A stretch of 64,000 nt of DNA, from NCBI GenBank assembly GCA_963750165.1, contig CAVVPN010000004.1, positions 96,001-160,000 on the forward strand. The letters are read 5' to 3'. The notes beneath the pieces are model-generated. The model was not told the DNA's origin. It made no database searches and saw nothing but the letters and a program-made list of their open reading frames with translations. The DNA comes from an uncultured Gemmataceae bacterium. GTDB taxonomy: Bacteria; Planctomycetota; Planctomycetia; Gemmatales; Gemmataceae. Positions within the stretch are counted from its first letter, which is position 1. The number at the start of each line of letters is the position of its first letter. Shown here piece after piece: positions 9,691 to 20,623 of the stretch. The position numbers and the translations under genes were made by a program.

Positions 9691-10578
9691 ACATCACCGC
9701 CGGCCTCACTGACCTGACCGAGGAGGCGATCGTTTACCTGTTCTGGTGGGGTCGGGGGAGACCGCCGGGTTCGGCGTCGGACCCTGGTCGCCTACCGTCC
9801 CTGGCTCGCATTGGCGTGCTGCTTGCAATCTGAGTCGGCTACCTTCTGAGCACGGTTCTCGGAGCACTGGCCGAGCGGCAGTGGCATTTTTCTGTCTGTT
9901 CGTCCTCATCGGCTGCCTGGCGCTGTTCGCCGTGATGGCCCTCGTCGCCCCGCTCGAGCGGCGCCCTACGACGGAGCCGAGTGAGCATCCTGTGGGGACC
10001 GGTCAGAAGGCCGCACTGTCCCAAGGTGATGCGATCCGTTCAACTCAGATCGTGGTGGACACTGCGAAGGCCCCGACAGGTGGACTGCAATTCAAAAATG
10101 CGGTGGCGACCAACTCGGGGGAGCGGATAACCAGAAAACCCCCTTGAACGATGAAACGGTGAGGATGAGCCAGTTCCTGCCCGCCGCAGTGCAATCCGTT
10201 GCTCAGGTGAGCCTGATTCGGGTCGAAAGAGCCCGTGGGGTGGGCTAATCCTGTCCGGCATCTCGCCAAAACCAGGTCAATAGAGTCAATTCCTTGCGCA
10301 ACAAAGCCAGCGACGCCAGGGGATAACAACAGCACGGCTACAGTCTCAAGGAGCAGGCTGTCTGAGGCCATACTTCAACAGCGGCTTCGGCAATGATCGC
10401 GGCACCGCTTTTGCTTTAACTACACAACAAATCGCAAGACCACGCCCCTCCTGAAACGCCGTCGATAACCGCCTTCGTCGTCACCCGGAAGCCAAGATGG
10501 ACCAATCCGCCCTCTCCTGGATCGCTTGATAGTCGTAGTTGCAGTGCGTGAAACTTCCAATGACGGAAAGGGGATAGC

Positions 10579-11238
10579 GTGGCCGCGCTCTTTCGCCCCC
10601 GCACCAACACCCTGGCCCGGGTCACCCTCTTTGGCGGCCCCCTGGCTCTCGCCTTCGTGCTCTGGGCCTGCCTGGTCTTTACGCGCTCCTCCTACGGGAC
10701 GGGCGCCCAGACGATTCGGGTGCAGCCCGTCCCGTTCAGTCACGCCCACCATGTGGGGGATCTCGGCATCGACTGTCGCTACTGCCACACCTCGGTCGAG
10801 CACGCCCCCAACGCGGGCATGCCGCCGACCGAGACCTGCATGCACTGCCACTCGCAAATCTGGGTCGGCAGTGACGAACTCAAGCCCGTGCGCGACAGCT
10901 ACCGCACCGGCAAGTCGATCGCGTGGCAGCGCGTCTACAACCTCCCGGGGTTCGTTTACTTCGACCACAGCATCCATGTCCACAAGGGCGTCGGCTGTAC
11001 CAGTTGCCACGGCCGCATCGACGAGATGCCGTTCACCTACCAGGTGCCGTCCCTGCTCATGGAGTGGTGTCTGGACTGCCACCGCCACCCTGAGCGGCAC
11101 CTGCGGCCGCAGAAGGACATCTTCAACATGAAGTGGCAGGCCCCCGAGGACCAGGCCGAGCGCGGTCGCGACCTGGTCCGGTCGTACCGCATCCGCGACA
11201 CTCACAGCCTAACCTCCTGCTCGGTGTGCCATCGATGA
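10579..11238 (+). CDS. actA: alternative complex III pentaheme cytochrome c subunit
   Basis: N-terminal TM, QPVPFSHAHH, five CxxCH motifs (CRYCH, CMHCH, CTSCH, CLDCH, CSVCH). Confidence 0.95.
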   Translation: MAALFRPRTNTLARVTLFGGPLALAFVLWACLVFTRSSYGTGAQTIRVQPVPFSHAHHVGDLGIDCRYCHTSVEHAPNAGMPPTETCMHCHSQIWVGSDELKPVRDSYRTGKSIAWQRVYNLPGFVYFDHSIHVHKGVGCTSCHGRIDEMPFTYQVPSLLMEWCLDCHRHPERHLRPQKDIFNMKWQAPEDQAERGRDLVRSYRIRDTHSLTSCSVCHR

Positions 11239-14200
11239 ACCCACGCAAGGATCTCCCCCCCAAGCTCGCCGTCCTGCAGCAGCGGTTGGGCGACGCGCGG
11301 GGCAAACAGTTCTGGCGCACGCTAGAGGAGGCGGCCGACACGGAAGCCTTTCAGGAGTTGTTGCGTCAGGAATTCCCCGAGCAACCGCTGCCGCCCCCCG
11401 GGCTGAGCCGGCGCCGCTTCCTGACGCTCATGGGGGCGTCACTGGCGCTGGCGGGGTTGGGCGGCTGCTCGGTGCGACCGGCCCCCAGCGGGACGATGGT
11501 CCCCCAGGCCCGCGCCCCGGAGACCTACGTCCCGGGCCGGCCGCTGTTCTTTGCCACCGCGATGTCCCTGAACGGCTCGGGCGTCGGCTTGCTGGTCGAG
11601 TCCCACATGGGCCGGCCCACGAAGATCGAGGGCAACCCCAACCACCCCGCCAGTCTGGGAGCCACCGACCCGTTCCACCAGGCATCCATCCTGACGCTCT
11701 ACGACCCCGACCGTTCGCAGACCGTCACCCACCTGGGCCGAACCGACACCTGGCAGGACGCCGTGGCAGCCCTGCGCGGCGTCACCCAGCGCCACCGCTC
11801 GCGGGACGGGGCCGGGTTGCGTCTGCTGACCGAGCCGGTCGCCTCGCCGACTCTCGGCGAACAGGCTCGAGCGTTTTTGCGGGCCTTTCCCCAGGCTAAG
11901 TGGCACCAGTACGAGCCACTGGCCCGGGACAATGCCCATCGCGCGGCGACCCTGGCGTTCAGCGAACCCGTCAACACCTACTACCGCTTCCACAATCTGG
12001 AACGCGGCGATCGGCTGGCCGACGTGGTCCTGGCACTGGACGCCGACTTTCTGACCTACGGCCCCGGCCACCTCCGCTACACTGCCGAGTTCATGGCCGG
12101 CCGTCGTGTACGGACGACGGGCGCCGGCGCCGGCCAGACCCAGATGAACCGGCTATACATGGTCGAACCATCGGTCAGCTGCACCGGGGCAAAGGCCGAC
12201 CACCGGCTCGCCGTGACCGCCTCAGAGGTGGAGATGATCGCCCGGGCAATCGCGGCTCGTCTGGACGTCCCGGGGTTAAGCCGGGACGCGGGTCCGCATG
12301 GTCACTGGGTCGATGCGGTGGCCCGCGACCTGCGACGGCACGGCGGTCACTCCGTCGTGCTCGCCGGGGACCGCCAGCCGCCGGCCGTCCATCTGCTGGC
12401 GCACGCCATGAACCACCGACTCGGGAATGTCGGGGCGACCGTCTTCCACACCGACCCGGTCCTTACCGACCCCGTCGATACCTCCGCGTCCCTGGCCGAA
12501 CTGGTTGAGGACATGCACCGCGGCCTGGTCGAGTCGCTCGTCATCCTGGGCGGCAACCCGGTGTACACCGCCCCCGTCGATCTAGGGTTCCGTGAGGCCC
12601 TGGAGCGGGTGCCGCTGCGCTTCCACCTGAGTCTGTACCAGGACGAGACCTCGCGGCAGTGTCATTGGCACCTGCCCGAGGCCCATTACCTGGAGGCGTG
12701 GGGCGATGCCCGCGCCTTCGACGGCACCGAGGCCATCGCCCAACCGCTCATCGCCCCGCTCTACGAGGGGATGTCCGCCCTGGAAGTGCTGGCGCTGTTG
12801 CGCGACGGCCGGCGCACGCCCGGCTACGAACTCGTCCGAACCCACCGGCGACAACGCCACGGCGGCACCGGCAATTTCGAGGAATTCTGGCAGTCGGCGG
12901 TGCATGACGGCGTGGTGCCGGACACGCTCCTCTCAGCAAGAAATGTCTCGCTGGCCACGGGGTGGGAGGGCCGGATTCCAGCGGCCCCGGCGGGCGGAAA
13001 TGTCGGGCAGGGGAACTACGAGTTGGTGTTCGAGCCGGACCCGACGATCCTGGACGGCAGTTTTGCCAACAACGGCTGGCTGCAGGAACTGCCCAAGCCT
13101 GTAACCAAGCTCACCTGGGACAACGCCGCTCTCATGAGTCCGGCAACGGCCCGGGCACTCGGCGTCGGCCTGGGCAGCTATGCCCACGGCGGCGAGCACG
13201 GGGGCTATCACCCCGACATCGTCGATCTGCGGCTCGGCGACCGCACCGTCCGCGCTCCCATCTGGATCGTGCCCGGCCATGCCGACGGCTGCATCATGGT
13301 ATCGCTCGGCTACGGCCGGGAGAGTGCCGGGCGGGTGGGTGGCAACGCGGAGGAGTCGGTTGGCTTCAACGCCTACCTGCTGCGGACTCGGACACGCCCA
13401 TGGTTTGCCCCGGGGCTGAGGGTCACCCCGACCGGAATCCACACGCGCATCGCCTGCACGCAGCAGCACCACCTGATGGAGAACCGCCACCTGGTCCGAA
13501 GTGCCACACTCGGTCACTACCAGCGCACGCCGGGCTTCGCCGCCGAACCCGAGGAGGAGGAGTTGCGTGAGCAGACGCGGCGCGGCGTGCGGCGGCCGCT
13601 CACCCTGTACGAGCCCTACGAGTACACCGGCCACAAGTGGGGCATGGCCATCGACCTGACCACATGCACCGGCTGCAGCGCCTGCGTCGTCGCCTGCATG
13701 GCGGAGAACAACATCCCTGTCGTTGGCAAGGACCAGGTGGCCCGCGGCCGTGAAATGCACTGGCTGCGCATCGACCGCTACCTCTCGGGCCCCGTTGAGG
13801 CCCCGCGCGAGTTCCACTTCCAGCCGCTGCCGTGCATGCACTGCGAACACGCCCCGTGCGAGTACGTCTGTCCCACCGAGGCCACGGTCCACAGCGCCGA
13901 GGGCCTGAACGACATGGTGTACCAGCGCTGCGTCGGCACACGGTTCTGCTCGAACAACTGCCCCTACAAGGTCCGCCGCTTCAACTTTTACTTCTACGCC
14001 GACTACACGACCGAGTCGCGGCGGTTGCAGTACAACCCCGACGTGACCGTCCGCAGTCGCGGCGTCATGGAAAAGTGCTCCTACTGCGTGCAGCGCATCC
14101 GCCGTGCCGAGATTGACGCCCAGGTCCAGAACCGGCCGATCGCCGATGGCGAGATTCTCACGGCCTGCCAGGCCGTCTGCCCGGCCGGCGCCATCGTCTT

Positions 14201-14348
14201 CGGGGACATCAACGACCGCACCAGTGACGTGCGGCGCTGGAAGGACACGCCCCTCAACTACGGCCTGTTGACCGAACTGAATACCCAACCGCGCACAACG
14301 TACCTGGCCGCGCTGCGGAACCCGAACCCTGATCTGGAGGCGGACTAG
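11235..14348 (+). CDS. actB: alternative complex III ActB (molybdopterin-oxidoreductase-like plus Fe-S domain, Tat substrate)
   Basis: SRRRFL Tat motif, GRPTKIEGNP.HP, NNGWLQELP, CTGCSACVVAC, CMHCEHAPC, CVGTRFCSNNCPY, EKCSYC; ATGA overlap with actA. Confidence 0.95.
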   Translation: MNPRKDLPPKLAVLQQRLGDARGKQFWRTLEEAADTEAFQELLRQEFPEQPLPPPGLSRRRFLTLMGASLALAGLGGCSVRPAPSGTMVPQARAPETYVPGRPLFFATAMSLNGSGVGLLVESHMGRPTKIEGNPNHPASLGATDPFHQASILTLYDPDRSQTVTHLGRTDTWQDAVAALRGVTQRHRSRDGAGLRLLTEPVASPTLGEQARAFLRAFPQAKWHQYEPLARDNAHRAATLAFSEPVNTYYRFHNLERGDRLADVVLALDADFLTYGPGHLRYTAEFMAGRRVRTTGAGAGQTQMNRLYMVEPSVSCTGAKADHRLAVTASEVEMIARAIAARLDVPGLSRDAGPHGHWVDAVARDLRRHGGHSVVLAGDRQPPAVHLLAHAMNHRLGNVGATVFHTDPVLTDPVDTSASLAELVEDMHRGLVESLVILGGNPVYTAPVDLGFREALERVPLRFHLSLYQDETSRQCHWHLPEAHYLEAWGDARAFDGTEAIAQPLIAPLYEGMSALEVLALLRDGRRTPGYELVRTHRRQRHGGTGNFEEFWQSAVHDGVVPDTLLSARNVSLATGWEGRIPAAPAGGNVGQGNYELVFEPDPTILDGSFANNGWLQELPKPVTKLTWDNAALMSPATARALGVGLGSYAHGGEHGGYHPDIVDLRLGDRTVRAPIWIVPGHADGCIMVSLGYGRESAGRVGGNAEESVGFNAYLLRTRTRPWFAPGLRVTPTGIHTRIACTQQHHLMENRHLVRSATLGHYQRTPGFAAEPEEEELREQTRRGVRRPLTLYEPYEYTGHKWGMAIDLTTCTGCSACVVACMAENNIPVVGKDQVARGREMHWLRIDRYLSGPVEAPREFHFQPLPCMHCEHAPCEYVCPTEATVHSAEGLNDMVYQRCVGTRFCSNNCPYKVRRFNFYFYADYTTESRRLQYNPDVTVRSRGVMEKCSYCVQRIRRAEIDAQVQNRPIADGEILTACQAVCPAGAIVFGDINDRTSDVRRWKDTPLNYGLLTELNTQPRTTYLAALRNPNPDLEAD

Positions 14349-14349
14349 C

Positions 14350-15762
14350 ATGGCGACGGACACCTCTTCGCCCCCGGGCGTCCCCGGAGAGCCTCCCGTA
14401 CAGGGAGAGGCGTCCCCGTTCGCCCCGCACGGCCACACTTTCCGTTCCGTCACGGACAAGATCAGCGCGATTGTCCTGGGTCGCGCTGCGGACCAGGGCT
14501 GGAAGCTGTCCTTCGGTGCCAGCACCCTGCTGTTCCTGGTCTTCGTTGGCGTCATCATTTACCTGATCTCCGTCGGCGTCGGCATCTGGGGCATCGACAT
14601 CCCCGTCGCCTGGGGCTTCGCCATCACGAGCTTCGTCTGGTGGATCGGCATCGGCCACGCCGGCACCCTGATCTCGGCCATCCTGCTGCTCATGCACCAG
14701 AAGTGGCGGACGTCGATCAACCGCGTTGCGGAGGCCATGACCATCTTCGCCGTCATGTGTGCCGGCGTTTTCCCACTACTCCACCTGGGTCGGCCGTGGT
14801 TCTTCTACTGGCTGTTGCCTTACCCCAACACGATGGGCCTGTGGCCGCAGTTCCGCAGTGCCCTCATCTGGGACGTGTTCGCCGTCAGCACCTACTTCAC
14901 CATCTCGTTGCTGTTCTGGTACATGGGTATGATCCCCGACCTGGGCACGCTGCGTGATCGTGCGAAGTCCCTGCGGGCGCGGCGCATCTACGGCGTGCTG
15001 GCGATGGGCTGGCGCAACTCCGCCCGACACTGGCAGCGCTACGAGTCGGCCTATCTGATTCTCGCCGGCCTGGCGACGCCGCTGGTCGTGTCCGTACACT
15101 CGGTCGTCAGTTCCGACTTCGCCATCTCGCAGGTCCCCGGCTGGCACGAGACCGTCTTCCCGCCCTACTTCGTCGCCGGGGCCATCTTCTCGGGCTTCGC
15201 GATGGTTTTGGTCCTGGCCATCATCCTGCGCCGCGCCTACGCCCTGCAGGACTTCATCACCACCAACCACCTGGAGGTGATGGGTAAAATCCTGATCGCG
15301 ACCAGTCTCCTGACCTCCTACGGCTACATGAGCGAGCAGTTCATGGCCTGGTACGGGGGAGACCTCCCGGAGTCGTACCAGTACCTGTTCCGACTCATCG
15401 GCTTCGGCCAGTACGCGGTGCTTGCCTGGCTCATCCTGCTGTGCAACACCATCATCCCGCAAGTGCTGTGGATCCCGTCGGTCCGGCGCAGTCCGACGGC
15501 CCTGTTCCTGGTGTCCCTGGCCGTGCTGCTGGGCATGTGGCTGGAGCGTTATTTCATCATCTGCTCCAGCCTGAGCCGAGACTTTTTGCCGTCGTCGTGG
15601 GGCATGTTCTATCCGACCATCTGGGACTTCCTGACGTTCTTCGGCTCAGTCGGGATGTTCCTGGTCCTGTTCCTGCTGTTCCTGCGCCTGGCCCCGGTGA
15701 TCTCCATCGCCGAGATGCGCGGCCTGGTGCCGGGGTCGCAGGCCCACGAGGAGGGGCGATGA
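14350..15762 (+). CDS. actC: alternative complex III ActC (NrfD/PsrC family)
   Basis: WIGIGHAGTLISAIL, HLGRPW, WDVFAVSTY, SVHSVVS.DFA, PPYFVAGA. Confidence 0.95.
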   Translation: MATDTSSPPGVPGEPPVQGEASPFAPHGHTFRSVTDKISAIVLGRAADQGWKLSFGASTLLFLVFVGVIIYLISVGVGIWGIDIPVAWGFAITSFVWWIGIGHAGTLISAILLLMHQKWRTSINRVAEAMTIFAVMCAGVFPLLHLGRPWFFYWLLPYPNTMGLWPQFRSALIWDVFAVSTYFTISLLFWYMGMIPDLGTLRDRAKSLRARRIYGVLAMGWRNSARHWQRYESAYLILAGLATPLVVSVHSVVSSDFAISQVPGWHETVFPPYFVAGAIFSGFAMVLVLAIILRRAYALQDFITTNHLEVMGKILIATSLLTSYGYMSEQFMAWYGGDLPESYQYLFRLIGFGQYAVLAWLILLCNTIIPQVLWIPSVRRSPTALFLVSLAVLLGMWLERYFIICSSLSRDFLPSSWGMFYPTIWDFLTFFGSVGMFLVLFLLFLRLAPVISIAEMRGLVPGSQAHEEGR

Positions 15763-16369
15763 AACCGCGCACCCCGATCCACGGCGTGATGGCTGAGTTC
15801 GAGACGCCGAAGGCCGTCCTGGAGGCGACGCGCCGCGCCGCGCGGCGGGCTACTGTGACATGGACGCCTACACTCCCTACCCGGTCGAAGGCCTGGCGGC
15901 CGAACTCGGACTGCGGCGCACCCGGGTCCCCTTCGTCGTGTTGGTGGCGGGCCTGGTCGGGGCGGCCTCGGGCTACTTCATGCAGTGGTATTCGATGGCG
16001 GTCGATTACCGCTTTAACTCCGGCGGTAAGCCGCCGAACAGCTGGCCCGCCTTCCTCCCGATCACGTTCGAGGTCATGGTGCTGGTGGCGGGCTTCGCAA
16101 CCCTGTTCGCCATGCTGTTGCTCAACGGCTTGCCGCAGCCGTATCACCCTGTATTCAACGTGCCGTACTTCGTCGAGGCCAGCCAGTACCGCTTTTTCCT
16201 GTGCATCGAGGCGACCGACCCGAAGTTCGACCGCGAGGCGACCCGCCAGTTCCTCGCGGGCCTGGGTCCCATGCAGGTGCTGGAGGTGCCTCACTACGAA
16301 GACACGGTGCGGGCCGAGGCCGAGGCGGCGCTGGCCGCCGCGAGCGGCGACGGGAGGGCCATCCCATGA
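15759..16369 (+). CDS. actD: alternative complex III ActD (DUF3341); frame break near 15840
   Basis: MAEF..P..LEA, then DAYTPYPVEG, GGKP.NSWPAF.PITFE and LPQPYHP, in two frames. Confidence 0.88.
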
Positions 16370-17085
16370 CCACCCCCCGCCGACTCGAACTGCTGCTGCC
16401 GGCGCTGGCGTGCGTCCTGCTGCCCGCGTGTCAGCAACGCATGGCGAGCCAGCCGAGTTCTCGGCCGTATGAGCCGAGTACCTTCTTCGAGGACGGCCGC
16501 GCCGAACGGCCGCGGGTGCTGGGCACGGTGGCGCGCGGCCATCTGCATACCGACTCCTACCTGTTCAAGGGCCGTCGCCCCGACCCGGTCCGTCGCCCCG
16601 ACTTTGCCGCGACCGTTGTCGGAGCGTTCGGCGGCAACCCCCTGGGTATCGTCACCCTCGCGGTCGCCGAGCGGGACACCGAGGACGAGTTGACCCTTGT
16701 CACTGAGTTCCCATTCCCGGTCAACAAATCGACACTGGAGCACGGCCGTAACCGCTTCATGATTTACTGCTACGTCTGTCATGACGCCCTTGGCACCGGC
16801 CACGGCATGATCGTGCAGCGCGGCTACACACCGCCGCCGTCCTACCACAGTGAGCGGCTGCGCAAGGCCCCCGTCGGCCACTTCTTCAAGGTCATCACGC
16901 ACGGCTACGGCTCGATGCCGTCGTACCGCAATCAGGTGCCGCCGCGCGACCGCTGGGCCATCATCGCCTACATTCGCGCCCTGCAGCTCAGCCAGCGCTA
17001 TCCGGCCGACCAGCTGACGGAGACGATGCGCGCCGAGTGGTCTGAGCAGCGCCGGGCCGACGCGGCAGGAGGGCAGGCGCCATGA
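16366..17085 (+). CDS. actE: alternative complex III ActE monoheme cytochrome c lipoprotein
   Basis: Lipobox LPAC, GTVARG, CYVCH, G.MPSY, DRWAIIAYIRALQ. Confidence 0.92.
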   Translation: MTTPRRLELLLPALACVLLPACQQRMASQPSSRPYEPSTFFEDGRAERPRVLGTVARGHLHTDSYLFKGRRPDPVRRPDFAATVVGAFGGNPLGIVTLAVAERDTEDELTLVTEFPFPVNKSTLEHGRNRFMIYCYVCHDALGTGHGMIVQRGYTPPPSYHSERLRKAPVGHFFKVITHGYGSMPSYRNQVPPRDRWAIIAYIRALQLSQRYPADQLTETMRAEWSEQRRADAAGGQAP

Positions 17086-18305
17086 CCACGCTGCCCCAGG
17101 AACGCCGGCGCGACCTCACCCGGGTGCTGTGGGCGGCCCTGGCCGTCGGCGTCATCGCCTCCGGCGTCTGTGTGGTTGGCCTGTTCGCCAACCCGATGCA
17201 GTTCTGCCGCGCCTACCTGGTCGCCTACCTGTTCTGGCTGGGGATTGCCCACGGCTGCTTCGTCGTGCTCATGATCTATCACCTCACCGGCGGGGCGTGG
17301 GGCTACCTCATCCGCCGCATCCTCGAGGCGGCAATGGGGACAATGCCGCTGCTGGCCCTGCTCTTCCTGCCGATCGGCTTCGGCGCCGCCGAGTTGTATG
17401 ACTGGGCCCGGCCGGAGGAAGTGGCGGCCAGTCAGAGCCTGCAGCACAAGGAGATTTACCTCAACGTGGTCTTCTTCTGGGTCCGGGCCGGCATCTACTT
17501 CACCCTCTGGGTGGGGACTGCCTACTTGCTCGGCTCGTGGTCGCGGCGGCAGGATCTCACGGGCGACCCGCTGTTGACGAAGCGGATGTGGCAGCTGAGC
17601 GGGCCGGGGCTGGTGATGTTCGGCATCACCATCACATTCGCGTCGGTGGACTGGGTGATGTCGCTGCAGCCGGGCTTCCGCTCGTCCATCTTCGGGCCGC
17701 TGTTCGCCAGCGGCGAAATCCTCTCGGCCTTCGCCGGCGTTCTGATCGTGTTCGCCTGGCTGGCCCTGCGCACCCCCCTCGGGGAAGCCCTCTCGGTCGA
17801 GGCCCTCAACGATCTCGGCAACCTGCTGTTCACCTTCCTGATCATCTGGGCGTACCTGACTTTCTTCCAGTTCATGCTCATCTGGATGGCCAACCTGCGC
17901 TATGACGTGATCTGGTATCTGCCGCGCGTCCAGGGCGGCTGGCGCTGGGTGGCGTGGGCCCTCCTCTTTTTCCACCTGATTTTGCCGTTCTTCCTGCTGC
18001 TGTCGCGCGACGTGAAACGCAACCCGCAGGCGCTGGGGTGGCTGGGTGGGCTCCTGTTCGTTATGCACCTGGTCTACGTGTACTTCCAGATCCTGCCGGT
18101 CTTCCCCGGCACGACACTGGCCGACTACTGGATGGACTTCGTCGCCCCGTTCGGCGTGGGCGGGTTGTGGCTGACGTACTTCCTGTGGAACCTGATGGCC
18201 GCGCCGGTGCTGGCGCCGCACGACCCGAACCGGGAGACGGCCCTGCATTACGAACGCCACGACCTGGAGGAGGCGGCCCGGGAGCGGGAGGTGCAGCATG
18301 GTTGA
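17082..18305 (+). CDS. actF: alternative complex III ActF membrane subunit
   Basis: About 10 TM; HLTGGAWG, DWVMSL.P, DLGNLL, FFQFMLIW.ANL. Confidence 0.9.
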   Translation: MTTLPQERRRDLTRVLWAALAVGVIASGVCVVGLFANPMQFCRAYLVAYLFWLGIAHGCFVVLMIYHLTGGAWGYLIRRILEAAMGTMPLLALLFLPIGFGAAELYDWARPEEVAASQSLQHKEIYLNVVFFWVRAGIYFTLWVGTAYLLGSWSRRQDLTGDPLLTKRMWQLSGPGLVMFGITITFASVDWVMSLQPGFRSSIFGPLFASGEILSAFAGVLIVFAWLALRTPLGEALSVEALNDLGNLLFTFLIIWAYLTFFQFMLIWMANLRYDVIWYLPRVQGGWRWVAWALLFFHLILPFFLLLSRDVKRNPQALGWLGGLLFVMHLVYVYFQILPVFPGTTLADYWMDFVAPFGVGGLWLTYFLWNLMAAPVLAPHDPNRETALHYERHDLEEAAREREVQHG

Positions 18306-18819
18306 CATCGTTCAACAAGATGGGCCGCCCCGACACCCCTCGGTTCGCTACGAGCCGAAGGACGCCAACTTCCGCTGGATCATCGGCCTGATCCTCGCGG
18401 CGATCACGTTCGGGGTCTTCCTGCAGTTTACCGTCTGGGACTTCTTCCGCGGTGAGCGCGACCGACTGGCCGACACGCGGCGGTCGAAGTACCCACTGGC
18501 CCCCCGGCCGTCCACCGCCCTGCCGCCCGAACCGCGCCTGGAGCAACTCGACCGCCTCCGGGGTGATGAGGTGGTGAACGTCTACGTCCGGCAAGAACTG
18601 AAGCTGGACCGACTCAGCCGCTACGGACAGGCCGACGAGAAGTGGTACGTGCATATCCCCATCGACCGGGCGATGGAGGTGTTGGGGACCGGGAAACAGT
18701 TGCCGGCGCGGAGCGAACAGGCGGGGGGCAAGCCGCGCGACCTCGGACTCGTGGACGGGGGTGAGCCGAACTCAGGCCGCATGTTCAACCGGAGGAAACC
18801 GCGATGGTCCGTCCCTTGA
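18298..18819 (+). CDS. actG: ActG-like single-TM subunit
   Basis: YE.KDA, one TM, PPEPRL, HIPIDRAM; canonical position after actF. Confidence 0.78.
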   Translation: MVDIVQQDGPPRHPSVRYEPKDANFRWIIGLILAAITFGVFLQFTVWDFFRGERDRLADTRRSKYPLAPRPSTALPPEPRLEQLDRLRGDEVVNVYVRQELKLDRLSRYGQADEKWYVHIPIDRAMEVLGTGKQLPARSEQAGGKPRDLGLVDGGEPNSGRMFNRRKPRWSVP

Positions 18820-19619
18820 TCGCCGCCCTCATCCTGACACTCGGAGCCGGCGCCGTGTGGGGTCAGTCCGCGCTGCCGCCCGCCCTCCGCGGCGTGGACT
18901 TCGAGCAAAAGCTCGACGCCCAGCTGCCCCTGGACCTGGCCTTCCGCGACGAGGCTGGGCGCGACATCACCCTGCGCGAGTACTTCGACGGCAAGCCGGT
19001 GATCCTGGTGCTGGCCTACTTCCGCTGCCCGATGCTTTGTGACCAGGTGCTCAACGGAATGGCACGGGCGATGCTCGATCTGCCCTTCGACGCCGGCAAG
19101 GAGTACCGCGTCCTGACCGTCAGCTTCGACCCGGAGGAGACGCCGGAGATGGCGCGGGCCAAGAAAAAAACTTACCTCGATCGCTACGGCCGGCCCGGGG
19201 CCGCTGACGGCTGGCACTTCCTGACAGGCTCGGCCGAGTCGATCCGACGCCTGACCGACGCCGTCGGCTTTCGCTACCGCTGGGACGAACGCCACCAGCA
19301 GTATGCGCACGCCGCCGGCATCGTCGTGCTCACTCCGTCCGGCAAGGTGTCGAAGTACTTTCGCGATGTCCGCTATTCGCCGCGCGACCTCCGACTCGGA
19401 CTGGTGGAGGCGTCGGAGAACCGCATCGGCACGCCCGCCGACCAGGTACTGCTGTTCTGCTTCCACTATGACCCGGAGGAAGGCCGCTACGGGCCGGCGG
19501 TCATGAACTTCGTGCGGCTTGGGGGCGTGCTGACGGTGCTCGGCGTCGGCGTGTTTGCGCTCGTGCTCTGGCGCCGTGAGTGGCGGCGGGCCCGGCGGCC
19601 GGCGGTGGAGGTGAAGTGA
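18804..19619 (+). CDS. SCO1/SenC copper chaperone
   Basis: Signal peptide, YFRCPMLC (CxxxC), SFDP, conserved His in YAHAA, C-terminal TM. Confidence 0.92.
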   Translation: MVRPLIAALILTLGAGAVWGQSALPPALRGVDFEQKLDAQLPLDLAFRDEAGRDITLREYFDGKPVILVLAYFRCPMLCDQVLNGMARAMLDLPFDAGKEYRVLTVSFDPEETPEMARAKKKTYLDRYGRPGAADGWHFLTGSAESIRRLTDAVGFRYRWDERHQQYAHAAGIVVLTPSGKVSKYFRDVRYSPRDLRLGLVEASENRIGTPADQVLLFCFHYDPEEGRYGPAVMNFVRLGGVLTVLGVGVFALVLWRREWRRARRPAVEVK

Positions 19620-20623
19620 TGTTCGCCGAGATCATCTGGTTCCCGCGGCAGGGCTCGACCACCGCCCACGATGTGGACGCGCTGCTGATCGGCTTGCTGA
19701 CCGTCACCGGCGCGGTGTCGCTGCTGGTGGCCTGTCTGCTCATCGGTTTCGCCGTCCGCTACCGCCGCCGGCCCGACACCCCGACCCCCGACCCGCACCA
19801 ACCGAACGTCTTGCTCGAGATGTTCTGGACCCTGACCCCCCTGGCCATCTTCCTGTTCTTCTTCGCCTGGGGCGTGAAGGTCTACTTCGGCGCCTACCGT
19901 GCCCCGGACGACGCCCAGGTGGTCTACGGCGTCGGCAAACAGTGGATGTGGAAGTTCCAGCACCCCGGTGGCCAGCGCGAGATCAACGAACTGCATGTCC
20001 CAGTCGGCCGGCCGGTCAAGGTCGTGCTCACCTCCGAGGACGTGATCCACAGTTTCTACGTGCCCGAGTTCCGCGTCCACATGGACGTGCTGCCGGGCCG
20101 CTACACGACCGTCTGGTTCGAGGCGACCGAGCCCGGCACCTACAAGCTGTTCTGCTCGCAGTACTGCGGCACCAACCATGCCGGCATGATCGGCACCGTC
20201 GTCGCCATGAAGCCGGCCGACTACGAGGCGTGGCTGCATGGCCGGGCCGAGGGGTCACAGGCTCTGGAGGGCCGCAAGATTTTTCTCAAGTACCGCTGCC
20301 TCAGTTGCCACAGCGCCGACGAGTACGCCCGCGCCCCGGTGCTGGAGGAACTGTACGGCAAGCGCATCCCGCTCACCAACGGCGCGACGGTCCTCGCCGA
20401 CGAGGACTACCTCCGCGAGTCCGTCTACGAACCGGGCAAGCAGATCGTGGCGGGCTGGCGCAACATCATGCCGAGCTTCAAGGGCCAGGTGACCGAGTCC
20501 GAGATGGTCGAGTTGATCGCCTACCTCCGTTCGCTGCGCCGCGGCCAGACGCCCCGCCGCGTCGAGGACTATCCGCCGCCCGTGACCACGCCCCCCATTA
20601 ACCCGAAGGGAACCCGGCCATGA
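19619..20623 (+). CDS. ctaC: cytochrome c oxidase subunit II with fused cytochrome c (caa3 type)
   Basis: [24 protein letters not shown]uA site, C-terminal CLSCH and MP. Confidence 0.95.
   Translation: MFAEIIWFPRQGSTTAHDVDALLIGLLTVTGAVSLLVACLLIGFAVRYRRRPDTPTPDPHQPNVLLEMFWTLTPLAIFLFFFAWGVKVYFGAYRAPDDAQVVYGVGKQWMWKFQHPGGQREINELHVPVGRPVKVVLTSEDVIHSFYVPEFRVHMDVLPGRYTTVWFEATEPGTYKLFCSQYCGTNHAGMIGTVVAMKPADYEAWLHGRAEGSQALEGRKIFLKYRCLSCHSADEYARAPVLEELYGKRIPLTNGATVLADEDYLRESVYEPGKQIVAGWRNIMPSFKGQVTESEMVELIAYLRSLRRGQTPRRVEDYPPPVTTPPINPKGTRP

Noticed and set aside
9746..10147. 133-aa ORF with one hydrophobic stretch
   Set aside because: No RBS or recognisable motif and atypical composition; it may be debris and cannot be supported.
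10150..10578. FNR-type box or riboswitch upstream of actA
   Set aside because: Only a TTGAT half-site near 10526 and no recognisable RNA motif.
12933..14558. Long antisense ORFs (also 20569..22017, 26357..28393, 34735..36318, 54373..55881 and others)
   Set aside because: They are shadows of well-supported genes on the opposite strand, as expected in high-GC DNA.
15830..15860. Programmed ribosomal frameshift in actD or the other split genes
   Set aside because: No slippery heptamer seen at the breaks examined, and the same pattern affects many unrelated genes, which favours sequencing error.
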